DNA of 64,000 bases from Candidatus Thorarchaeota archaeon (GTDB taxonomy: Archaea; Asgardarchaeota; Thorarchaeia; Thorarchaeales; Thorarchaeaceae), in NCBI GenBank assembly GCA_011364985.1, contig RDOC01000001.1:347124-411123 (forward strand). Reading direction: 5' to 3'. Below the pieces are notes generated by a model, which was given only the letters and a program-made list of their open reading frames with translations, was not told the origin of the DNA and ran no database searches. The position numbers were made by a program, and so were the translations under genes. Positions 1-7,845 of this stretch are shown here, in pieces. Position 1 is the stretch's first letter. The number at the start of each line of letters is the position of its first letter.

Positions 1-378
1 GCCGGAGACGGAAGCCTCACTCGATTTCTGAAGCCGCATATCAGAGCAGAAATGATTGCCACGGATTCCAAGAGAAACGTTCATGACATTCCATATCCAA
101 AATGGATTGTTGAATATGAGGCCCTTGATGCCATTGATAGATTCAGACCTGATGCAGTGCTCTTGTCATGGGAGCCTTTGCTGTCTTCAACAGGGTTAGC
201 GATTTGTGAATCAGGTATTCCTCTGATCTGGATTGGCGACCCGGAAAAATGTGCACCGCACTCGGGCATTTTCGATAACGAGCATAAAAAGCTTGGAAAC
301 CGGTTCTCGCTGGGAAGATCTGACGAGTTTGCAGAACGCGAGTTTCGCTCTGACATCTATCTCTTCAATTGGCACTAG
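1..378 (+). CDS. hypothetical protein, probably 5'-truncated by the window edge
   Basis: The frame of the 52..378 ORF stays open back to nt 1, with no stop in the 17 upstream codons. No recognisable motif. Confidence 0.4.
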   Translation, partial: AGDGSLTRFLKPHIRAEMIATDSKRNVHDIPYPKWIVEYEALDAIDRFRPDAVLLSWEPLLSSTGLAICESGIPLIWIGDPEKCAPHSGIFDNEHKKLGNRFSLGRSDEFAEREFRSDIYLFNWH

Positions 379-493
379 TTGAAATCCACTCCAGCGGCTG
401 TTCAAGTAGCGTCAGATTCAGGACTCCAAAAATACTGCGTAGCTAACCTTTGTATAGCGGGACTTGCGATAGCGCTAATGGTAATTCTTAGTA

Positions 494-1135
494 GTGAGCC
501 TCTTCTCTTGGCCTGATATGCACCGCACTATGTATAGTCCCAATGCATACAGGTTCCTCCATTTTATCGAAACTCTTGAGAGTGATAAAAAGCCGGAGAA
601 GAGAGTTCTGGATTGTGGAGCCGGAGGACCTCGACCACCTCTCGCTCTCTTTCATTTGATGGGCTACGAGACGCATGGGATAGATATTGCTGAGGCACAA
701 GTAAATAGAGCCTACGATTTTTCAGACAAATACGGTATTGACCTCAATATTCGAATAGGTGATATGAGAGCCCTTGACTTTGTAGATGAGTCATTCTCCT
801 GTGTCTACTCGCAGAATTCTATCTTTCATCTTACCAAGTCTGATACAGCCAAAGCAATGATGGAGATGAAACGAGTTCTCGCGCAAGGAGGGCTTCTCTA
901 CGTGAATTTCCTCTCTATTGAGGACCAAGGATACCGCGAAGGAAGGGAGGTGGGCTCAGGCGAGTGGGAGTCAATGGAATATGGTGAGGTCACAATCCAC
1001 AGTTTTTACGAAGATAGTGAGCCTGACAAGTATTTCGAGGATGTAGAGATACTGGTGAAGGAGAAGAGAATCATGGACCTTCGTACTTACAACCACAAAA
1101 TGGTGACAATTGAATACATTGCGAGAAGGCCTTGA
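494..1135 (+). CDS. class I SAM-dependent methyltransferase
   Basis: 213-aa ORF with motif I VLDCGAGGP, a post-I acidic site (GIDIAE) and later motifs (FSCVYSQNSIFHL, GGLLYVNF). GTG start; first ATG at 518. Confidence 0.75.
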   Translation: MSLFSWPDMHRTMYSPNAYRFLHFIETLESDKKPEKRVLDCGAGGPRPPLALFHLMGYETHGIDIAEAQVNRAYDFSDKYGIDLNIRIGDMRALDFVDESFSCVYSQNSIFHLTKSDTAKAMMEMKRVLAQGGLLYVNFLSIEDQGYREGREVGSGEWESMEYGEVTIHSFYEDSEPDKYFEDVEILVKEKRIMDLRTYNHKMVTIEYIARRP

Positions 1136-1192
1136 TGCAGCATTTGCATTAGCGCGTGTTACACCTATTCATATTATGATAATACTGATTCG

Positions 1193-2161
1193 TTGTATCA
1201 CTCAGCAGAAGGTCTGGGCATGGTAAAGGCCACGGTGGAAGCACTAGACATTGACCCCAAAACAGGAACAACTCTAGGATTTTACACCTTCGGGGAAGAT
1301 AGGCCAAACATCTTGCTGATATCAGCTATGAGTGGGTGGTCAGCGACAGATGTCTATGCAAACTACTTGATGATGAAGCATATGCGAGATGTGCCACGGA
1401 TAGACGGATCAGTGACGATACTGCCTGTGGCAAGTCCACTCGCTTTCCGTCTGGGAGTAAAGGTTTCACCACTCGATTCCAAGAACATCGACACGGTGTT
1501 CCCGGGAAACGAACATGGAACAGTGACAGAAAGAACAGCTTGGGAGATATGGAGACGAGTAGTGCAGGCAGACTATGTGATTCACCTGCAGACTGGTGAA
1601 CAGGCCTGTGTTAGTCATGTTACAGCACTTCACAGGGATTACATCCATGTCAGAAATCTCGCGTCCCAAATTGCCCTTCCGCTAGTAACCCAAGCCTCCG
1701 GGAAGAGAGGTACTCTAATCACAGAGGCGGCTCATGAAGGAATCTCAGCAATATGTATTCAGATGAGGGGAGTTAGAAACGGGGTAGAGCCCCAAGCAGC
1801 GGTAGAGGTTCGCGAGGCCATCTTGAATTTCATGCGGATTAAAGATATGATGCCTGGCGAAGGAATCGAAGCCGCTAGTACTTTCACAGGGATAACAAGA
1901 CAAGTGAACGTCGGTTCAGAAGGCTTCTTTGTCCCCAGTATCAGACCGGGTGAAGAAGTAATCAGTGGGGACGTAATTGGAAGTGTCCAAGACGAGAACG
2001 ATGTTACTACGCCCTATGATGGTATTGTTGTTTCCATGAGTCAAATGGTCTATGTGTTTGAAGGAGATATGATATCCGAGATCGCAGCGCGTCTGGTAGA
2101 ACGTTCAAAGACAAAGGACGATGACATTAATTCGATCCCACAGCCGAGAAGGAAGTGGTAG
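1193..2161 (+). CDS. succinylglutamate desuccinylase/aspartoacylase (AstE/AspA, M14-like) family protein, possibly catalytically degenerate
   Basis: Family-like pattern: ILPVASPLAF, D-x-NIDTVFPGNEHGTVTERTA, DYVIHLQTGE. The position of the N-terminal HxxE zinc motif reads SGWS. TTG start; first ATG at 1220. Confidence 0.5.
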   Translation: MYHSAEGLGMVKATVEALDIDPKTGTTLGFYTFGEDRPNILLISAMSGWSATDVYANYLMMKHMRDVPRIDGSVTILPVASPLAFRLGVKVSPLDSKNIDTVFPGNEHGTVTERTAWEIWRRVVQADYVIHLQTGEQACVSHVTALHRDYIHVRNLASQIALPLVTQASGKRGTLITEAAHEGISAICIQMRGVRNGVEPQAAVEVREAILNFMRIKDMMPGEGIEAASTFTGITRQVNVGSEGFFVPSIRPGEEVISGDVIGSVQDENDVTTPYDGIVVSMSQMVYVFEGDMISEIAARLVERSKTKDDDINSIPQPRRKW

Positions 2162-2162
2162 A

Positions 2163-2600
2163 ATGAGTAATACCGCTGACTGTACAGAACTAGAGCGGCT
2201 GATGTGCATCAATGTTGGAGATTCCCGCTTGAGAGAGAGAGGAGAACTCCTCCTAATTGGAAGCTGCATGAACAGCCGTTTTCCTGATATTGCCAACGAA
2301 TTCAAAGCGAAAAATGAAGGCAATGCAGTCCTACATGTTTGCTTGGAAGAGACCCATGTGAATCAGGCGGGATTCAAGATAGCTTCAATAATACGATACT
2401 CGAAGATTTCCAAAGTTACAGTCCTCACTATAGATGGAAGTCCACATTGTGTGCAATTGCATTTTGTTGTTGAAGATATTAAGAAGCACTTCACTTCGGA
2501 AGTGGAAATCGAGCATTACGTTGTTGAAAGAGGAGAGGCTCTCGAAGTACCTTCGGCTGTTGTCAAACGTGCAAGACACCTTTCGAAAATATCCCTTTGA
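2163..2600 (+). CDS. hypothetical protein
   Basis: The first ATG (2163) lies 2 nt after the upstream stop. 145 aa, no recognised family. Confidence 0.45.
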   Translation: MSNTADCTELERLMCINVGDSRLRERGELLLIGSCMNSRFPDIANEFKAKNEGNAVLHVCLEETHVNQAGFKIASIIRYSKISKVTVLTIDGSPHCVQLHFVVEDIKKHFTSEVEIEHYVVERGEALEVPSAVVKRARHLSKISL

Positions 2601-3039
2601 ATCTTAATGATGTGAGGAGATTTTATTAAGAGAAGGCTAAATCCTGCAGATTTCTTGTATTCAACATATTCATCGCAGTAATGAAGGATGAGCTTCTCTT
2701 CCTCGTATACAGCAGCGTCAGGGAGTAGTTACAGGCGAGGAGAACTAGTGAACATTATAATGGTTATCAAATGCAAGCGACATCGTATTCTTGCATGAAT
2801 CCCATCAGTGATGAGTTCTGGCATCTGATCTGTACTCAGGCACGCAGCAGTACTTACAGACATGATTGTAGTCCAAAGAGGGCAACTTCAAGATTGAATA
2901 CCGAATTCTCTGGCATTCAATGACCATTTTGAGATGGGGCACATTCCAATCTTCAACAGCTCAGCAGAAGTACATCTTGCAACCCTTGCACCAATTTTAT
3001 AAGGGTCGTATACATTATTAACAATAGTTAATATTAGAA

Positions 3040-3615
3040 GTGGTTACAATGGAAAAGAATCCTTTCAATGCAATGATAATGTCAGAAGACACTATTGTCA
3101 CTGTGAAAGAGGGTGACAAAGAGAAGCAAGTAGATGCCAAACGCGACAAGATTCGCTATGTCGTGGGTGAGAGCCAAGAGAAACGATTCGTAGATGGTGG
3201 AAACGAAACACTCAAGCCCTTGGAGGACAAGACTGTCTATCTCGTACCAGCAATTCATAGACTTCCAGGAGACCCCTTCCACTACGATGCAACAATGGTG
3301 GAGAGAGTCGCTGGAAAGCATCAACTAGATGCAGCGACAAGGCTACTGAATCGCCATCCCGCCTGCGAATCTCATAATGTGATCGAAATCACCTATGAAA
3401 GCCCCGGTGTAGAATGCTGTACCATGACGAAGGAAGAGGCTGACAATACACAAGTACCTCTCCAATACGTCGCAGGCTACTATCTTGGAAAGAAGAACGG
3501 CCTTCTAAAGATCGCGTTGTCCAAGACTACAATAGAAGAATCGGGAAAGACATACTATGACAACATCCGGGTGATTCCGGAAGCAGTGGTCAAAGAGATG
3601 AACTGCCTGGAGTAG
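3040..3615 (+). CDS. hypothetical protein
   Basis: 191-aa ORF with protein-like acidic/lysine-rich composition. No recognised motif. Confidence 0.5.
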   Translation: MVTMEKNPFNAMIMSEDTIVTVKEGDKEKQVDAKRDKIRYVVGESQEKRFVDGGNETLKPLEDKTVYLVPAIHRLPGDPFHYDATMVERVAGKHQLDAATRLLNRHPACESHNVIEITYESPGVECCTMTKEEADNTQVPLQYVAGYYLGKKNGLLKIALSKTTIEESGKTYYDNIRVIPEAVVKEMNCLE

Positions 3616-3645
3616 ACATTTCGATACTGGCTCATGGAAACCATT

Positions 3646-3717
3646 GGTGAACACTCAATGCCGCAAGTATGGCTTGATCCACACAGCCATAAGGGAGGAT
3701 TCTATTGAGTGTTCACC
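3646..3717. repeat. perfect 14-bp inverted repeat forming a long hairpin with a nested 6-bp helix
   Basis: GGTGAACACTCAAT (3646..3659) pairs with ATTGAGTGTTCACC (3704..3717). Inner arms are ATGGCT (3669..3674) and AGCCAT (3685..3690). It sits 31 nt after the stop of the 3040..3615 ORF. Confidence 0.7.
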
Positions 3718-3918
3718 CACATGTTTTCTTCAGTCTGACAAAGGGTTCGGCTGAATCCATGTCGGAGAATAAACACGATCTATTCATAGATGCTTAGACT
3801 TATATACGAAAACAATAGCGCCTCCTGACACTCCCTAATTGGGGGCCGGTTTTAACCATTGATTGGTAGCCACCATATTCTCGGCCACATCCCAACGGGA
3901 AAAGACAAGGTGAAACCT

Positions 3919-4863
3919 ATGGCAAAGCCAGTTCGCTCAATGAACGAAAGGCAGAGAGGCATGAAAGTCTGTTCTATTTGTGGCGCCGATAAATTCTACG
4001 AAGATTTGTCCCGTGGTGAGAGTATTTGCACATCGTGTGGATGTGTGATTACTGAGAGGATTATTGATAATGGCCCAGAATGGCGCGCCTTTACTTCTGA
4101 AGAAAGAGATGCCAGAGCTCGAACCGGTTCTCCTGCAACCCTTACTATGGCTGACAAGGGACTCGCAACAACCATTGGCTGGAGCGACAGAGATGCAAAT
4201 GGTCGAGCAATTGCCGCAAGCTCACGTGCAGCTATTTACAGGATGCGTAAATGGCAGATTCGAACTCTAGTCCATAGTTCGCAGCATCGAAACCTCAGTA
4301 TTGCCATGAGCGAGATGGACCGCCTTACTTCACAATTGGGAGTCCCCCATGAAACAAAGGAGACCTCAGCCCTCATCTACAGAAAGGCCCTTTCAAAGAG
4401 GCTTGTCAGAGGACGAAGCATTGAGGGCATGGTTGCGGCTACTATATACTTGTCATGCAGAATTCATAAGATTCCAAGGCAGCTGGATGAAATTGTGACC
4501 GAGGCGAGAGTCAACAGAAAGGAGCTTGGTCAGTGTGTCAGACTGATTCTTCGGAACGTTGATGTTAAAGTTCCAATTCCATCTGCAAATGACCTAATGC
4601 CGAGGATATCCGCAGATCTTGGACTTGATGGCAAAACTGTACAGACAGCTATGGGAATCATAAATGATGCCAGAGAAAGAGGCATTACTGCCGGGAAAGA
4701 CCCTGGTGGACTTGCAGCTGCTGCCCTCTATATTGCAGGCATTATTACCAATGACCGTCGTACTCAGAGGGAAATTGCCGAGGCATCAAACGTAACAGAG
4801 GTCACTGTGAGAAATAGATACAAGGACCTCGCAAGTAGCCTTCAAATCACAATCAAGCCGTAG
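3919..4863 (+). CDS. tfb: transcription initiation factor TFB (TFIIB homolog), paralog 1
   Basis: N-terminal zinc ribbon CSICG...CTSCGCV, then IDNGPEWRAF and two cyclin-like repeats ending VTEVTVRNRYKDL. ATG 3919 is preceded by GGTGA. The track ORF begins at an upstream TTG (3859). Confidence 0.9.
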   Translation: MAKPVRSMNERQRGMKVCSICGADKFYEDLSRGESICTSCGCVITERIIDNGPEWRAFTSEERDARARTGSPATLTMADKGLATTIGWSDRDANGRAIAASSRAAIYRMRKWQIRTLVHSSQHRNLSIAMSEMDRLTSQLGVPHETKETSALIYRKALSKRLVRGRSIEGMVAATIYLSCRIHKIPRQLDEIVTEARVNRKELGQCVRLILRNVDVKVPIPSANDLMPRISADLGLDGKTVQTAMGIINDARERGITAGKDPGGLAAAALYIAGIITNDRRTQREIAEASNVTEVTVRNRYKDLASSLQITIKP

Positions 4864-4893
4864 TAGAGGAAATGCTTCCGCTGTTTCTACCGC

Positions 4894-5706
4894 ATGGCAA
4901 TACCAGATTCTTTTTCAGAGTTATACACCTTCGGAAGAACAATGAATCAGTTCATCGTGGCACTTTGCGGTATCCCAGCATCAGGGAAGACAATCCTAGC
5001 TAGAGTGATTCAGGAATTGCTTTCTGTTGAGACGGACGTAGTAATTGTCGATACTGACACCTGCAGAGATGAGGCGTATTGCTCTAATTTCACTCCTGAA
5101 TTAGAGAAGAAGGTAAGAAAGGAAGCCTTGAGAAGAACGGAGGAGATTGTTAAAAGCGGTCGTTCGGTCATTCATGATGATACCAATTACTATACGAGTA
5201 TGCGACACGAGCTCTATGAGATTGCGGTTAGGCATGGATGTGCATTTGGGGTAGTCTTTGTATCCACGCCACTGGAGAAATCATTGGAGTGGAATAGTCT
5301 GCGAAAAAAACCAATTCCAGAAGATGTTGTGAAACGCATCAAAGAGCGCATGAATACTCCTGGTACAAAATACACATGGGACAGCCCTGTAGCTATTGTA
5401 AACCTAAGCAGAGAGAAGACCATAGACGCAGCGAAGAATGTTGTTGAGTCGATTCGTGATCTTTCTCTGCCAAACATTGAAGGATCGCCAACTGCTGAGT
5501 CGAATGCTTACAACCAGATAGACTCTGTAACAAGAAGAGTAGTATCAGAATTCCTGCAGGAGTACCCATCCTACAGGTCTGACCCCAGAGTATCACGTCT
5601 CAGAAGAGAACTCCTTGTTGAGGCCAGAACTCTTCAATTGGAGGTTCGTGAAGTTGAACGGATGTTACGAGTACGTCTTGGAATTCTTGCGGACAGGACG
5701 TCTTAG
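4894..5706 (+). CDS. pstK: O-phosphoseryl-tRNA(Sec) kinase (PSTK)
   Basis: P-loop GIPASGKT, DDTNYYTSMRHELY, IPEDVVKRIKERMNTPGTKYTWDSP. This closely matches my recollection of the M. jannaschii PSTK pattern. It is convergent with tRNA-Sec, 5 nt away. Confidence 0.85.
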   Translation: MAIPDSFSELYTFGRTMNQFIVALCGIPASGKTILARVIQELLSVETDVVIVDTDTCRDEAYCSNFTPELEKKVRKEALRRTEEIVKSGRSVIHDDTNYYTSMRHELYEIAVRHGCAFGVVFVSTPLEKSLEWNSLRKKPIPEDVVKRIKERMNTPGTKYTWDSPVAIVNLSREKTIDAAKNVVESIRDLSLPNIEGSPTAESNAYNQIDSVTRRVVSEFLQEYPSYRSDPRVSRLRRELLVEARTLQLEVREVERMLRVRLGILADRTS

Positions 5707-5711
5707 AAAGA

Positions 5712-5802
5712 TGGCGGCCTCCTAAGAGAATCGAACTCTCATCGCTTGCACGATCGTGGGTTTGAAGTCCACGGGGCCGGACCACCAGCCCTGTAGGAGG
5801 CC
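5712..5802 (-). tRNA. tRNA-Sec: tRNA-Sec (anticodon UCA), 91 nt with encoded CCA
   Basis: The reverse complement reads GGCCTCCTA-CA-GGGCTGG-TGGT-CCGGCCC-C-GTGGAC-TTCAAAC.. . It has a 9-bp acceptor, 7-bp D stem with 4-nt loop, 6-position anticodon stem and loop CUUCAAA (UCA). The variable arm closes with a GCAA loop, the T stem is 4 bp with loop TTCGATT, and the discriminator is G followed by CCA. Confidence 0.9.
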
Positions 5803-5816
5803 TTGATTCTGGATGA

Positions 5817-5830
5817 AGATATATGAAAAT
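5817..5830 (-). promoter_or_regulatory. TATA-like box upstream of tRNA-Sec
   Basis: The minus strand reads ATTTTCATATATCT about 15-28 nt upstream of the tRNA 5' end. Confidence 0.4.
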
Positions 5831-5854
5831 AAGCTTGAGGGTCTGAATGATGAA

Positions 5855-6505
5855 CTACAGATACCGCGCGATGACTTCGTGCGTTTCCTTCTTCCATTCA
5901 ATGGTCTTCTTTGCTAACTCAGCAGCGATATTTGCGGGAGGAGATTCATCTCTGGGTAGAGATTCTATTTCTGACAACCAACCTGATGTCGATAGCGTCA
6001 GTGAATGCAAGTCCTCACCCTGTGTTGCCTTAATCATCATTTCCCTACCGTGTGCAAGCTGAATATATACATCATTCAGTGGAGCCTTATTGAGAATTTC
6101 AAAAATGAGCCGGTCCCAGCAGGTCTTTGCAACAAGTGCACGACGAAGCTTGGCTCGTTCGTCATCTGAGATGGTAGCGAATTTCTCCAAGTGTGCATTG
6201 AGAGCGGACTCAATCGTTTCGAGGTATTCGTGAATTGCTTTCCCATTTTTGCCCCAGACAGTAATCTCCACTGACCGCTGGGCCTCTTCAACCCAAATTC
6301 TAACATCATATTTCTGGGAATCAGCATCAACAGAAAACATGGCTTTGCCTTTGAAGATCTGGCTCTCAGCCTCACTGTACTCAGTCAGAAGGACTCCTGG
6401 CTTGGATGCCACTGTATACCAAGCTAGGCGGAACACCACAGCTGAATCGGCTATCTGGTAGCTTGAAGTACGACTGACCTCCGTCTTGTCACCGACTTCC
6501 TCCAA
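5855..6505 (-). CDS. uncharacterised protein embedded in the Sec operon (orf216)
   Basis: 216-aa ORF. Its TTG start lies 14 nt after the SepSecS stop and is preceded by GGGAGGT. It is co-directional with selB-sepSecS and is followed by tRNA-Sec. No recognisable domain. Confidence 0.6.
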   Translation of the reverse strand: MEEVGDKTEVSRTSSYQIADSAVVFRLAWYTVASKPGVLLTEYSEAESQIFKGKAMFSVDADSQKYDVRIWVEEAQRSVEITVWGKNGKAIHEYLETIESALNAHLEKFATISDDERAKLRRALVAKTCWDRLIFEILNKAPLNDVYIQLAHGREMMIKATQGEDLHSLTLSTSGWLSEIESLPRDESPPANIAAELAKKTIEWKKETHEVIARYL

Positions 6506-6519
6506 TGGCTGACCTCCCT

Positions 6520-7845
6520 TCAGGCTTCCGAGAGTAAACCTTTGACTTCCTTATAGAGTTTCGTAGTAGCTTTCTCAACATCACTTTTGGTAGCCCCAAT
6601 TGCCGAATTCATCACGATATAGCTGTGTGGATAGTCATCGATGCAGGATCCGTAAGCGCCCATTTCAACTGCTCTTGGACCAGTGACTCGCATGTTGTAG
6701 AGTCTTCCACCAATTTCGCGGACATCCAGACCATCCATTGTCATTGCCAAAGCGACAGGGTTTTCTACTGAAAGAACTCTTTGGCTCACTTCTTCTGCGA
6801 TTTCGTCTAGTCTGCATTCAAGGTATTTCTTATTTGCCTTCTGTTCCTCTTGTAACGCTTTGTATCTTGAGAAACCCAAGGACAATAACGATGCTAAGGT
6901 TTGAACAACTGGGGCAGCTGTTGCACGTCCAGCATAGGTTTCTGAAATGGCTTCGATAGACTCTTGGTGTGGAGATACAACGATTGACGCACCAACGGGA
7001 GTAAGGAAATTCTTATCACTGCTCTGGACAATGGCATCAACCCTTCCGGCGTCAATAGCAGAGCTTATGGCTTTCATTACTTCGTTGGACTGGACACCGT
7101 ATGCGTTATTGATTACAAACGGAATACTTGCATCCTGACAGAGTCTTGCTATTTCCTTAACAGGATCTGATTCACGTGGAGGGAAGAACGTGGTTGTTGC
7201 AAGGATAGCGACTGCTTTATTGTCTTTGATTGCCTTGGTAAGTGCGGACAAGTCAGCACAAACTGCCTCGCCCTCCAAGATTGTTGGTATTTCCATTTCC
7301 TTCAGTCCAGCCATTGCGATTCCGCGTTTAGGCGATTCATGATCAACACGCGGATAAAGGACGGTTCTTATGCCCTGTGTTCTTCGAAGCGCAGCCAGAG
7401 TCAGCGCAATTGACATGCCAGTTGAAAGAGGGGAGATGAAGCCACCTTTCACACTACCAAGGCCGAGCTTTCGAATTGCATCCAGGGCAACGCTGCTGGC
7501 TACCTGCTGCATCAGAGAGGCGCCAGGTGCCTTTGGCTGCGCTGCAGTTACATGCCCGCTCCGACCTATGCCATGGTTGAAACCACTAGATAGCATCCCG
7601 ACAAAAGGTGAAGCAATCCTGGCCTCGCGTTCACCCACGCGAGCGGCTTCAGGGTCCTTGTCTGTATCCATGGATGACAGAAGCTTCAGCAAGATATCTA
7701 ATTGCTCATCTGAAAGAGAATCATCTGGAAAGACTCGACGATTCAAGACGTCTCTTATTGGTGCTAAAAATGCATCAAGGGTGATTTCACCGCGTGCTGC
7801 GATACTCGGTGGCAGAACTGCTTTCAAGCGTTCATCAGCACCCAA
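6520..7845 (-). CDS. spcS: O-phosphoseryl-tRNA(Sec) selenium transferase (SepSecS)
   Basis: 441 aa with GEREARIASPFV, HGIGRSGHVTAAQPKAPGAS and the PLP-lysine context VQSSDKNFLTPVG. TTG start with a GGAGG Shine-Dalgarno-like ribosome-binding motif (SD) upstream. Overlaps the selB 3' end by 11 nt. Confidence 0.9.
   Translation of the reverse strand: MGADERLKAVLPPSIAARGEITLDAFLAPIRDVLNRRVFPDDSLSDEQLDILLKLLSSMDTDKDPEAARVGEREARIASPFVGMLSSGFNHGIGRSGHVTAAQPKAPGASLMQQVASSVALDAIRKLGLGSVKGGFISPLSTGMSIALTLAALRRTQGIRTVLYPRVDHESPKRGIAMAGLKEMEIPTILEGEAVCADLSALTKAIKDNKAVAILATTTFFPPRESDPVKEIARLCQDASIPFVINNAYGVQSNEVMKAISSAIDAGRVDAIVQSSDKNFLTPVGASIVVSPHQESIEAISETYAGRATAAPVVQTLASLLSLGFSRYKALQEEQKANKKYLECRLDEIAEEVSQRVLSVENPVALAMTMDGLDVREIGGRLYNMRVTGPRAVEMGAYGSCIDDYPHSYIVMNSAIGATKSDVEKATTKLYKEVKGLLSEA

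Noticed and set aside
2601-3039. A 440-nt ORF-poor region with several frames interrupted only by TGA. Examples are a minus-strand frame at 2745..2975 with 2 TGA and a CU pair, and a plus-strand frame at 2760..3002 with 3 TGA.
   Set aside because: Three mutually overlapping TGA-only frames cannot all be real, and none looks protein-like or has an SD. This is more likely intergenic or decayed sequence. TGA-only frames recur in other gaps, for example 15575..15838.
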